Shown piece by piece: positions 30,126 through 40,354 of a stretch of DNA of 64,000 nt. How positions within the stretch are numbered: the stretch's first letter is position 1; every line of letters starts with the position of its first letter. The DNA is from an uncultured delta proteobacterium (lineage in GTDB: Bacteria; Myxococcota_A; Polyangia; Polyangiales; Polyangiaceae). The stretch is from NCBI GenBank assembly GCA_963850305.1, contig CAWKKR010000011.1, positions 1 through 64,000 on the forward strand, given 5' to 3'. A program made the translations under genes and the position numbers. A model generated the notes under the pieces. That model was not told the origin of the DNA. It made no database searches and was given only the letters and a program-made list of their open reading frames with translations.

Positions 30126-30769
30126 TCAGAGGGCGATGCCGAGAAGGGCGTCCACGGTGTCACGGACAAGCGCGGCGGCCGCTGCCGCCCCGGTGGGCAG
30201 TTCGGGTGCACCGGTGACCGCCGAGGCCCAGCGGTCCACCGTAGCCAGCGCGCCCGGGGCGTCGAGGTCGTCGGCGATGCGCTCCCGCACCGCAGCCAGC
30301 ACGCTCTCCGCGGCCAGCGCGTCCGCCCTGATTGCCCCGGAACCCCGTTCCGCTCCAGTGGCGCCCGCACCGGAGGCCGCCCGGTCCACGCCCCCGCCGC
30401 CCGGTCCACCGCCGCCCGGTCCACCGCCGCCCGGTCCACCGCCGCCCGCCAGCGGGCCAGCCGGTCCTGGGCGGCGGCCAGCCCGTCCGCGGTCCAGTCC
30501 CAGTCGCCCCGGTAGTGATGGGCCATGATGGCCAGGCGCACCGCCATCGGATCCGCACCGTCGGCCACCAGCCGGGACACGAACACCAGGTTGCCCAATG
30601 ACTTGGACATCTTCTCGCCGTCCAGGCGGACCATCCCGGCATGGGCGTAACAGCGTGCGAACACACCGTGCCCCGGCACTCCATCGGCGAATGCCACCCG
30701 CGCGTGCGACGCGCTGAACTCGTGGTGCGGGAAGATCAGGTCGGTGCCGCCGGCCTGGACGTCGAACGT
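30126..30769 (-). CDS. mshC: Mycothiol ligase MshC, C-terminal part only, with one frameshift near 30390 and truncated at the junction
   Basis: [16 protein letters not shown]...[23 protein letters not shown]...HHYRGDWDW, then in another frame [10 protein letters not shown]...DALLGIAL. Confidence 0.85.
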
Positions 30770-30806
30770 ACCGAACCAAGCGTGTCACAGAACACTACGT
30801 ATTGGT
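30766..30806. other. Probable chimeric junction with adapter-like sequence
   Basis: mshC (minus) and dapE (plus) both break here, and taxonomic signature and codon style switch. acgtaccgaaccaag and tacgtattggt resemble the ONT adapter motifs ACGTAACTGAACGAAG and TACGTATTGCT. Confidence 0.8.
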
Positions 30807-31488
30807 CGAGAACGAGCTGGGCCCCGTGCTCGACTCGGACCCGGAGCTCAGGAATGCATCGATCGCGGTGTGTCTCGAGCCCAGCGACAACCGCCTTCAG
30901 CTCGGGTGCGCCGGATCCTCCACGCCAACGTCCGCTTTCTGGGGCGCACGGCCCACAGCGCCCGACCCTGGGAGGGCGAGAACGCCATTCACAAGGCGGC
31001 CGGATTCTTGACGCGCCTTTCGTCCCTAGCGCCGAGCGCAGTCACCATCGAGGGCCTGGAGTGGGCCGGCGTCACCAGCGCGACACTCGCCAAGGGCGGC
31101 CGCGCGAGGAACATCGTGCCGGATTTTTTCGAGGTGAACGTAAATCACCGACTTCGGCCCGGACCGGACGCTTGAGCAGGCGAAAGAGCCCACTTCGGGA
31201 GCTCGGCGGGCGGGGACGCGGATTCGACATCGTGGACGAAGCGCCACCTGCCCTACCCTTCCGCAGCCACCCCCTCGTGGAAGCCCTTGCCGCGAGCGGC
31301 GTGACGGCTGTCGAGCCCAAACAAGCGTGGACGGATGTCGCTCGCTTTTCCGCGCTCGGGGTTCCCGCGGTAAACTTCGGTCCCGGCGTCAACTCCCAGG
31401 CGCACCAAAGGAACGAGTGGACGAGCCTACGGCTGCTCGCGGACGGAAAGGAGATTCTTTCCCGCTGGCTTACACGAATCTCGGTTGA
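30805..31488 (+). CDS. dapE: Succinyl-diaminopimelate desuccinylase (M20), C-terminal part, multiple frameshifts
   Basis: Across frames: [69 protein letters not shown]...QAHQRNE. End approximate. Confidence 0.8.
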
Positions 31489-31489
31489 A

Positions 31490-32049
31490 GAGCGTAACCG
31501 GGGCGTCGCACGGCGCGCGTTCCTCGTCCTTCTGGCGGCACGGCGGCGACGGCGTGCAATCAGCGCGCGGTCGAGTCCTGGCTTTCGCAGACTGATGCAC
31601 CCCCCCCGGGCTCCTCGCTCTACGCCGAAGGTCCATTCGCAAGGCGTTCGCCGAATCCGGAGGAGGTCGCGTCGCCCATTCAAGCACTGTCGCTCCTCGT
31701 CTATCCGGACCACATCGTCCTTCAAGCCCAGGATCCCTCGGCTCCGAACAACATGCTCCAGTACGTCTATCGTGCCGGCGTCGTATCGGCGCCAGCGCCC
31801 GTGAAGCTCCTCGGCAAGGGCAAGCTCGACGACAATCTGTTCCCCCTCGACGCGGCCAAGGTCGGCGCAGTCCCGGCGCTACCCGCCTGGCGAAGACAAA
31901 GGCAAACATCCCCGAAGGCGTCGTCGCGCGCGTGCTCCTCAAGCGCAACCTGCCCGAGAGCATGGACATCCAGTTCCGGGTATTCGTCACCAGCCAGCGC
32001 CGCGACGCCTACGTCGAGGCCGAATCAGAGCGGCAAGCTGCTCGAATAA
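31490..32049 (+). CDS. Hypothetical protein broken by frameshifts
   Basis: Coherent peptide blocks in changing frames ([59 protein letters not shown]). Limits approximate. Confidence 0.45.
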
Positions 32050-32366
32050 AGGCCTTCCCCACGACGTGGGACGTCCTCCTCGCGCCGCGTGAAGCGATCC
32101 TGGCGCGCGATGGGCTCGTCATCACGGCGTGGGGTCCGCTTCCCACGCCTGAGCAGTCGTCACCACCGGAACACGACGTATGTCGCATGTCCCGCCTGCA
32201 ACGCGATTGCGACCAGTCCTTAAGCGGCGCGATGCCCATTTCGACCACGGTCGCGTCGATCCCTGACGGCAGAGACGTCACGCGAGAGACGGACCAACCA
32301 CCGTTCACGTTGGGCCGACCCACCGCACCCGCCCCTCCTCCAGCCTCGCAGGCTCTGCGTGCGGAA

Positions 32367-35300
32367 CTACTGGCACACGGAGCCGGTGCAGACGCCGCTC
32401 GCGCAGTCCGTGCCGGTACTGCACGACGCCGCCGACTTCCGGCGGCATACGCCCGCGCCGTCGCACGCACCCGCGATCTGGGAGACGATGACGTTGTCGT
32501 AGTACGCGGTCGCGGTCTGGCTGTTCGTGTCGCTCTCATCGACGAGATCGACGTACGCGATCGTCTTGCCCACGTAGCTGGTCGCTCCCTGCGGCACCGC
32601 CAGGCGGCGGTGATACCAAGTGTTGAGCGCCCGCGAGGTGATGTCGGTCGCCGGGTGCCCGCCGAGCCCGTTCTGGTCCTGCCACGTGCCGCACGTGGTC
32701 GAGTTGCAGTCACGCCAGTACGTGTTGTCGGTGTCGTGAATATCGATGCCGCCCATGCCTCCGACGCTGCTGGTCAGAATGACGTCGTATTCGACGGAAT
32801 CCGCGGCAGCCATCGCACGCGGAGCGCTGCCCGTCGTACCGTTGCCCCCGAGGGTCTTCCAGTAGGCGTAGGCGGCGCCGCTCGAGTTCGACGTGGCCGT
32901 GAACTTCAGCGCGTTGCCGTCCCAGGTGAACGGAATGCCGCTCGTTGCGTTCGTGGCGGACACGTTCGCCGCGGTGTATCCCGATAGGTTCGGGCCATTG
33001 GTTCCGTTGTCCCCCGTGTTGAACCCGGGCGCGGCGCTCTGGTAGATGATGAAGCCGCCATAGCCTGTACCGGTGTAACCGCAGTCGGCACCCTCCGCCG
33101 CAAAGGTGTTCGGGCAGATGGTGGAAGTACCGTTACACACGTCCTGAGCGTCGCAGATGCCTGTTTGCCCGCTGCAAACGGTTCCCGCATTGCCCGCCAC
33201 GTTCGAACACGCGCCGCTCACGCAAGAGTCGACGCTGCAGGGGTTCGCGTCATCGCAGTTGACGACGTTGGCGCAGGTCGTCCCGCAGCTCGCCGTCGTG
33301 TTGATCACGCAGTTCGCGACGGTGTTCAGCACCGCAGGCCCGCGAGCACCACCCCCTCCACCCGAGTTGCTCGAACCGTTGCCCGGGTTCCCGGTCGTGG
33401 CACCGGCGCCCCCACCGGAGCCAGAGCCGTTCCCGTTGCCACCAGCGCCACCGTTGGCGGCGACGGTCCCGCTGCCCTGCACCGCGTGCGCTTCCACCAG
33501 GACCGCGCCGCCCGATCCGCCACCGCCTCCTCCGCCGCCGGTGGCAAGGAGGCCCGAGCCCGCCGTGCCCGCCGAGCCTGCTGACCCGTTGGCGACGAGC
33601 GAACCCGTCAGATTGAGCGTCCCTGCAACGGACAGCTGGAACGCGCCTCCACCGACGCCGCCTCCGCCGCCGGTTCCGTGCTGGCCGAGGATCCCGTCGC
33701 TCCCGTTGCCCCCGCTACCACCAGGGCAACCCCCGACCAACGGAATGGCCGTCGCGTTGCCGTGCACCTTGCCACCGCTAGTTCCGCTGTCACCGGTCCC
33801 GCCCGCCGTCACAGCTCCGCCTCCTCCTCCGCCCGCATCACTCCCGCCATTCGAGCCAGTGCCCGCCGAGGACGAGCAGCCGACGTCCCCGCCCGCTCCG
33901 GGCGTCGTCCCGCTCGCGCTCGCGTTGATGGTGCCTGCAATCGCCGCATCACCGAAGACCGCGATCACCACGGGCGTGCCGCCCGTCAACACGAGAGACG
34001 AACCCGACGCGATCGAAAGCCCGCGCAGGGGGAGAATGACGATACCCGACTGCGTCGTGATGGGCGTCGGGGTCGTGGCGCCGCACCAGTTGCCGAACGC
34101 CAGGGTCGTCGAGTTGAAGGTCGAGGTGCCGCAGTCGAGAGTGGTCGTCAGATCGGTATTCGTGGGGTCGAGCCCGGTGAGGCTGAAGTTGCTGGGCGTG
34201 TACGGGAACGCCGTGTAGGTCGGAGCTCCACAGACGCCGCTCGCGCAGTTGTTGCTCTGACAATCCGTGTTGCCGTTGCAGTCCTTGTTCTGCGGGCACT
34301 TGGCGCAGCTCCCGCCACAATCCACGTCCGACTCGTTGCCGTCCTTTTTCCCGTCGCTGCACCCGGCCGCCGCACACGCGTTATTGACGCAGTTGCCCGT
34401 CTGGCAGTCCGTGTTGGCGCTGCACCCCTGCCCATTCGGGCATTTGCCGCACGTCGGACCACCACAATCCACGCCCGTCTCGTTGCCGTTCAAGACGGTG
34501 TCGCTGCACGTTGCGGCCTGGCACACGCTGGACTTGCAGACCTTGTCGACACAGTCGTTGCCGGTGTTGCATGCGCTTCCGTCCGCGCACGGCGAACACG
34601 AGCCCCCGCAGTCGACCGCGGACTCGGAGCCATTCTTGATGTGGTCCGCGCACGTCGCCGCCTGGCAAACGTTACCGACGCAATTCGAACTCGCGCAGTC
34701 GCCGGCGACGCTGCAGGCGGTACCGGCGTTGCAGCCCGGACACGTCCCGCCACCACAATCCACCCCGGTTTCCTTGCCGTTCTGCACCGAGTCCGAACAC
34801 GTCGCCGCCTGACATGCGTTCCCCGTACAAACGCGACTCGAACAGTCCGTCGCAGACAGACAAGCCTGGCCGGTGCCGCAAACCGGGCACGTGCCGCCAC
34901 CGCAGTCCACCCCGGTCTCGGAGCCGTTGGAAATGCCGTCCGTGCACGAGGGCCCCTGGCAGATGTTCGCCGAACAGCTCTTGCTGGCGCAGTCCGTGCC
35001 CACCGCGCACTTCTCGCCAACCGGACACCCACTGCACTTCGTGCCACCGCAATCCACGTCGGTCTCGGTGCCGTTCTTCACGCCGTCGTTGCAGCCCGGC
35101 GCGGTGCAGACGCTCGCGGAGCAATAGCCGGAAGCGCAATCGCCGCCGGTCAGGCACCCACCGCCGTTCTGGCATGTCGAGCACGTGCCGCCGCCGCAGT
35201 CCACGCCGGTCTCCGCGCCGTTCTTCGCCCCGTCGGAACAGGTCGGCGCCTGACATGTCACGTTGCAGACGCTCGTCGAGCAGTCCGTCCCGGCGCTGCA

Positions 35301-38297
35301 CTTCTTACCTTGCGCGCAGACGCCACAGGACGCTCCGCCGCAATCCACGTCCGTCTCGGTGCCGTTCTGCACGCCATCCGTGCAGTTCGCAGCGGCACAG
35401 GCGCCGGACTTGCACACCTTGGACACGCAATCCGTCCCGACCCCGCACGCCAGACCCGCCGTGCACGGCGAGCACGAGCCGCCGCAATCCACATCCGTCT
35501 CCGCGCCGTTCTTCACACCGTCGGAGCACGTGGGCGCCTTGCACTTGTTGCTGGCACAGACTCCGCTCACACAATCCGTCCCCGAATTACATGCGCTCGA
35601 CGTGCTGCACTTCGGACAGGTGCCGCCGCAGTCCACATCGGACTCCGCGCCGTCCTTGACGCCGTCCGTACAGCTCGCGGCGGTGCACTGGCCCGACGAG
35701 CATGCCGCGCCTCCTGCACAGTCCGATTGCACGAGACACTTCAATCCGAGGGCGCAGGTAGCGCAGGTGCCGCCGCCGCAGTCCACGTCCGTCTCCGCGC
35801 CATTCTTCACCTTGTCGGAACAACTGCCGGCGACGCACTTGCCACTCGTACACACGTCCGAGGCGCAATCGCTGGCAAGCGCGCAAACCTTGGTCGCCGC
35901 GCACGCGGGGCACGTCCCGCCGCCGCAATCCACGTCCGTCTCCGCGCCGTTCTTCACGGCGTCGGAACACGAGGGCGCCTGGCATTTGCTACTCGCGCAG
36001 ACCTTGCTCGAGCAGTCCGTCGTCGCGGTGCAGTTCTTTCCCGTGCCGCAGGCGGGGCAGGTGCCGCCGCAGTCGATGTCCACTTCGGTCTGATTCTTCA
36101 CGCCGTCCGAGCAAGTCGGAGCCTGGCAGGTGCCGCCGGCGCAGACCCCACTCACGCAGTCGCTCCCGACCGAGCACACGCCGTTCGTCGGACACGGGGC
36201 GCATTGCGAACCGCCGCAGTCCACGTCGGACTCGGTCCCGTTCTTCACCTTGTCCGTGCACGACGCCGCCTGACAGACACTGTTCGAGCAAACCTTGCTC
36301 TTGCAGTCGCCGGGGATGCGGCACGCGAGGCCGTTGCCGCAGGGCGAGCACGTCACACCTCCGCAATCGATGTCGCTCTCGTTCGCATTCTTCACGAAGT
36401 CCGAACAGGTCGGCGCCTGACACACGCCCGCGCAGACCAAGCTCGTGCAGTCGCTCGGGCCATCGCACACTCCGCCCGTCGCGCAGGGGTTACAGCTTCC
36501 ACCGCCGCAGTCGACGCCGGTCTCCGTGCCGTTGGAGATGCCGTCCGTGCACGTCGCCGCCTGGCACACGCCGTTCTGACAGTTCTTGTTCTTGCAATCG
36601 GAGTTCACCTTGCACGTGTCCGCGTCCGCACAAGGTGCGCAGCTCCCGCCGCCACAATCGACGTCGGTCTCCGTCCCGTTCAGATGGCCGTCGGCACAAC
36701 CCGGCGAGGTGCACACGTTCTGGTAACAGAAGTTGCTCGCGCAGTCGGCGTTGCCATTGCACGCCCCGCCCGTCGAGCAGCCCGAGCAGGTTCCGCCACC
36801 GCAGTCGACGTCCGTTTCGTTGCCGTTCTTCTCCTTGTCGGTGCAGGTGGCGCCCTGGCACACGCCGCTCGAGCAAACCTTGGTCGTGCAGTCCGTCAAC
36901 AGGACGCACTTCTGCGTCGCGGCGCACGGTCCGCACGAAGTGCCACCGCAGTCGACGTCCGTTTCGTTGCCGTTCGCCGCCCCGTCACTGCAGGTAGGCG
37001 CCTGGCACACGCCACCCTGGCAAACGTCCGACTCGCAATCAGCCGCGACCTTGCACCCCATACCGGACACGCACGGGGAGCACGTGCCGCCGCAATCGAC
37101 GTCCGTCTCCGTCCCGTTCTCGACTTCATCGGCACAGCTCGCCGCACGACACAGGGAGTCGTTCCCGCAGATGAGACTCTGGCAATCCGTGTTGACGCTG
37201 CAGCCGATGCCGGCGACGCAGCCGGGGCAGAGACCGCCGCAGTCCACGCCGGTCTCGTTGCCATTCATGACTTTGTCGCTGCAGGAAGCGCCAGCGCAGA
37301 CTCCGCTCGTGCAGAGCCCCGTCGTGCAATCGGCGGAGGTTCCGCACTTGCTACCGACGCCGCACGGCACGCACGGCCCGCCGCAATCCACACCGGTCTC
37401 GCCGCCGTTGGCCACTCCGTCCGAACAGGTCGGGGCCGCACAGGAGCCGGTCGTGCACACGCCATCGGTACAGTCTCCGCCGAACCGACACGACGCGCCG
37501 TCGGCGCACGCCGGACATGAACCGCCACAATCCACGTCCGTCTCCGTGCCGTTCTTGACTCAATCGGTGCAGAGCGGCGCCTGGCATGCCGAGCTTTCAC
37601 AGATCGAACTCGTGCAATCGCTGGGGGCTCCGCAGCCGGCGCCCGGCGCGCACGCAGCACAGGAGCTGCCGCCGCAATCGACGTCCGTCTCCGTGCCGTC
37701 CTTCACCTTGTCATTGCACGTGGGAGCCTGGCAAAGCCCGTTCATGCAGAAGCCCGACGCGCAATCGCCCGGGACGCTGCATCCTTGTTGAAGGGCACAC
37801 GGGGGACACGTTCCGCCGCCGCAATCCTGTCCCGTCTCCGCGCCGTTCTTCACGCCGTCGGTGCACGTCGGAGCCTGGCATTGGCCGCCCGTGCACACCG
37901 CGCTCGTACAATCTGCTCCGACGTCGCAGTGCCTTCCGGTGTCGCAGGGCGCGCATCCTGTGCCGCCACAGTCGACGTCCGTTTCGCTGCCGTTTTGAGT
38001 ACCGTCTCCGCACTGGGCCGAGCGGCACTGATCGCCGAGACACGTACCGCTCGCGCAGTCCGTCGCGACGCTGCAGCTCGCGCCGAGCGCACAAGGGGTG
38101 CAGCTGCCGCCGCAGTCGACGTCCGTCTCGTCGCCGTCGCGGACACCATTCTTGCATCCCGGCGCTAGACCGCCGTCAGCGCCGCCGGTGCCGCCTTTGT
38201 TGCCGCCGCCGGAGGACAGGCTGTCGAGCCCCCCCGTCGTGCAGCCCGCCACACAAAAGAAGACGAGGAGGAAGCGAACGAAGTTACGAACCGTCAC
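32367..38297 (-). CDS. Giant secreted/lipid-anchored Cys-rich repeat protein (~27 ETDVDCGG repeats) with one in-frame TGA at 37560-37562
   Basis: N-terminal signal with VAGC lipobox. Repeats CxDGxxNGxETDVDCGGxCxxC continue in the same frame across the TGA. Followed by a Gly-rich domain, a CDDANPC module and a C-terminal beta-rich domain. Confidence 0.85.
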
Positions 38298-38421
38298 TTT
38301 CTTCAGGATACATCACTGCCGCCGCCCGAGGGAGCCAGGCACGCCCGTCCCCCCCCTCACCAAGGGTGCGGCGTGCACACACATTGCCGCGGATTTCAGG
38401 CCCTCGCCGCCACTGGCAGAG

Positions 38422-40098
38422 TCAGGCGGCGACGCCTGACGAGCTTTGCGACAGCCGGTTGACCGCACTCAGAATCGCATCGAAGGAGGCTCGGACGATG
38501 CTCCGGTTCACACCGACGCCGAACGCGGGGCGCCCGCCCGCGTGCCCGTGAACATAGGCCACCGCCTTCGCGTCCGCGCCCTCACCGAGCGAATGCTCCG
38601 AGTAGTCCGTGATGTGGAAATCGATTCCCTTGACGGCATTGAGCGCCGCCACGAACGCCGCGACGGGCCCGTTCCCGACCGCCGAAAGCGCAATGCTTCC
38701 GCCCAGCTCGGCGACACGACCTTTCAAGCGGCAACTTCCCTGCCCGTCCGGAATTGCCGAGATAGCGGATTCCAACAAAGCTAAGGGACGCTTGACGAGA
38801 TACTCGCGCTCGAACGAACCAAGGATCTGCTCCGGTGACAGCTCGGCACCCGTCTCGTCGGCCATCCTCTGGATCACCTGACTGAACTCGACGGAGAGCT
38901 TCCGGGGCAGGCGGAATCCATGATGCTCCTCCATGATGTACGCGACGCCTCCTTTGCCCGACTGGCTGTTGATCCGGATGATGGCCTCGTAGGTGCGCCC
39001 CACGTCCGCTGGATCGATAGGCAGATAAGGAACCTGCCACACGCCGGAAGATGAGGCGCGCTGCGCGGCGAGCCCCTTCTTGATCGCGTCCTGATGCGAG
39101 CCGGAGAACGCGGTGAACACGAGCTCGCCGACGTAGGGATGCCGTGGGTGAATCGGCAGACGGTTACACTCCTTCACGATGTCGGCGATCGCGTCGATAT
39201 CGTCGAACTGGAGGTGGGGGTCGACGCCCTGGGTGAGCAGGTTGAGGGCGAGCGTCACGACGTCCACGTTCCCGGTACGCTCGCCGTTGCCGAAGAGCGT
39301 GCCTTCCACCCGCTCGGCGCCCGCCATGACGGCGAGTTCCGCGGCGGCAATGGCCGTGCCGCGATCGTTGTGCGGATGCACCGAGAGCACGATTGCCTCT
39401 CGGTCGGCGATGTTCCGATCGAACCATTCGATCTGATCGGCGTACACGTTCGGAGTCGCCATCTCGACTGTCGCCGGGAGATTCAGGATGATCTTGCGCT
39501 CGGAGGTCGCGCCCCACTCGCGCATCACGGCCTCGCAGATCTCCTTCGCAAAATCGAGCTCGGTACCCGTGAAGCTCTCGGGCGAGTATTCCAGCAGCAC
39601 CTCCGTTTCCGTCATCGCCAGCGCGAACTCGGCGACGAGCGTCGTCGCGCGCGCGGCGATGTCGACGATGCCCGCGCGGTCGAGCCCGAACACGACGCGT
39701 CGCTGCAACGTGGACGTCGAATTGTAAAGATGCACGATCGCGCGTCGAGCGCCGCGGATCGACTCGAAGGTCCGGCGAATGAGATCCTCACGCGCTTGCG
39801 TCAAGACCTGGATCGTCACGTACTCGGGCACGCGGCCCTCCTCGATCAGCCGTCGCACGAAGTCGAACTCGGTCTCCGATGCAGCAGGAAAGCCGACCTC
39901 GATTTCCCGAAATCCAAGCCGCACGAGGAGCTCGAACATCGCCACCTTGCGCTCGAAACCCATTGGTTCGATGAGTGCCTGATTGCCGTCGCGCAAATCC
40001 ACGCTGCACCAGAGTGGTGCGCGCGTGATCGTGCGTGACGGCCACCTGCGATCGGGCAGCTCGATGGGAGCGAAGGGTCGATATTTGAAAAACTCCAT
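38422..40098 (-). CDS. leuA: 2-isopropylmalate synthase
   Basis: WCSVDLRDGNQALIEPM, EYSPESFTGTE, NLPATVEM, HPHNDRGT, GNGERTGN, FSGSHQDAI, NSQSGKGG. Confidence 0.97.
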   Translation of the reverse strand: MEFFKYRPFAPIELPDRRWPSRTITRAPLWCSVDLRDGNQALIEPMGFERKVAMFELLVRLGFREIEVGFPAASETEFDFVRRLIEEGRVPEYVTIQVLTQAREDLIRRTFESIRGARRAIVHLYNSTSTLQRRVVFGLDRAGIVDIAARATTLVAEFALAMTETEVLLEYSPESFTGTELDFAKEICEAVMREWGATSERKIILNLPATVEMATPNVYADQIEWFDRNIADREAIVLSVHPHNDRGTAIAAAELAVMAGAERVEGTLFGNGERTGNVDVVTLALNLLTQGVDPHLQFDDIDAIADIVKECNRLPIHPRHPYVGELVFTAFSGSHQDAIKKGLAAQRASSSGVWQVPYLPIDPADVGRTYEAIIRINSQSGKGGVAYIMEEHHGFRLPRKLSVEFSQVIQRMADETGAELSPEQILGSFEREYLVKRPLALLESAISAIPDGQGSCRLKGRVAELGGSIALSAVGNGPVAAFVAALNAVKGIDFHITDYSEHSLGEGADAKAVAYVHGHAGGRPAFGVGVNRSIVRASFDAILSAVNRLSQSSSGVAA

Positions 40099-40133
40099 GG
40101 TCTCGGGCCTCGTTTCGATGTTCGGAAGACAAA

Positions 40134-40170
40134 ATGCAAAAACCCTCCAGCCAGGACGGCGGGAGGGTTC
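40134..40170 (-). terminator. Attenuator terminator hairpin of the leuA leader
   Basis: Minus strand reads AACCCTCC-cGCC-gtcct-GGC-t-GGAGGGTT followed by TTTGCATTTT. Confidence 0.85.
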
Positions 40171-40194
40171 GCGCGAGGCTTCGTTCAGTCCGCG

Positions 40195-40260
40195 CTACAC
40201 CGCTCCCGCCTCCTTAAGGAGGAGCGAGAGAAGCAGGCTGAGCGGGAGCGAACGGTTCAT
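40195..40260 (-). CDS. Leucine-rich leader peptide MNRSLPLSLLLSLLLKEAGAV
   Basis: 21 codons, 8 of them Leu, ending 25 nt before the terminator hairpin upstream of leuA. Confidence 0.85.
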   Translation of the reverse strand: MNRSLPLSLLLSLLLKEAGAV

Positions 40261-40354
40261 CACGGGACGACTCAGTATCGACCCTGCCCACGCTTCTTCG
40301 CAAGGGGTTTCTTGCCAGCATGCTCGAACGCACGCAGGGCGCGCTCGCGGTCTT

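Noticed and set aside
28370..30697. 775-aa MshC::DUF4192 fusion in the ORF track
   Set aside because: Created by a frameshift near 30390. The real MshC C-terminus ends at 30126 in another frame.
33678..37520. Long plus-strand ORF (1280 aa) and similar long antisense ORFs (15645-17795, 21531-23984, 24234-26804)
   Set aside because: Shadow ORFs opposite well-supported genes in high-GC DNA, Arg/Ala-rich with no motifs
34260..38160. Regularly spaced ccgccgcagtccacgtc-like motifs resembling a repeat-spacer array
   Set aside because: The ~145-bp period and third-position variation show they encode the protein repeat ETDVDCGG
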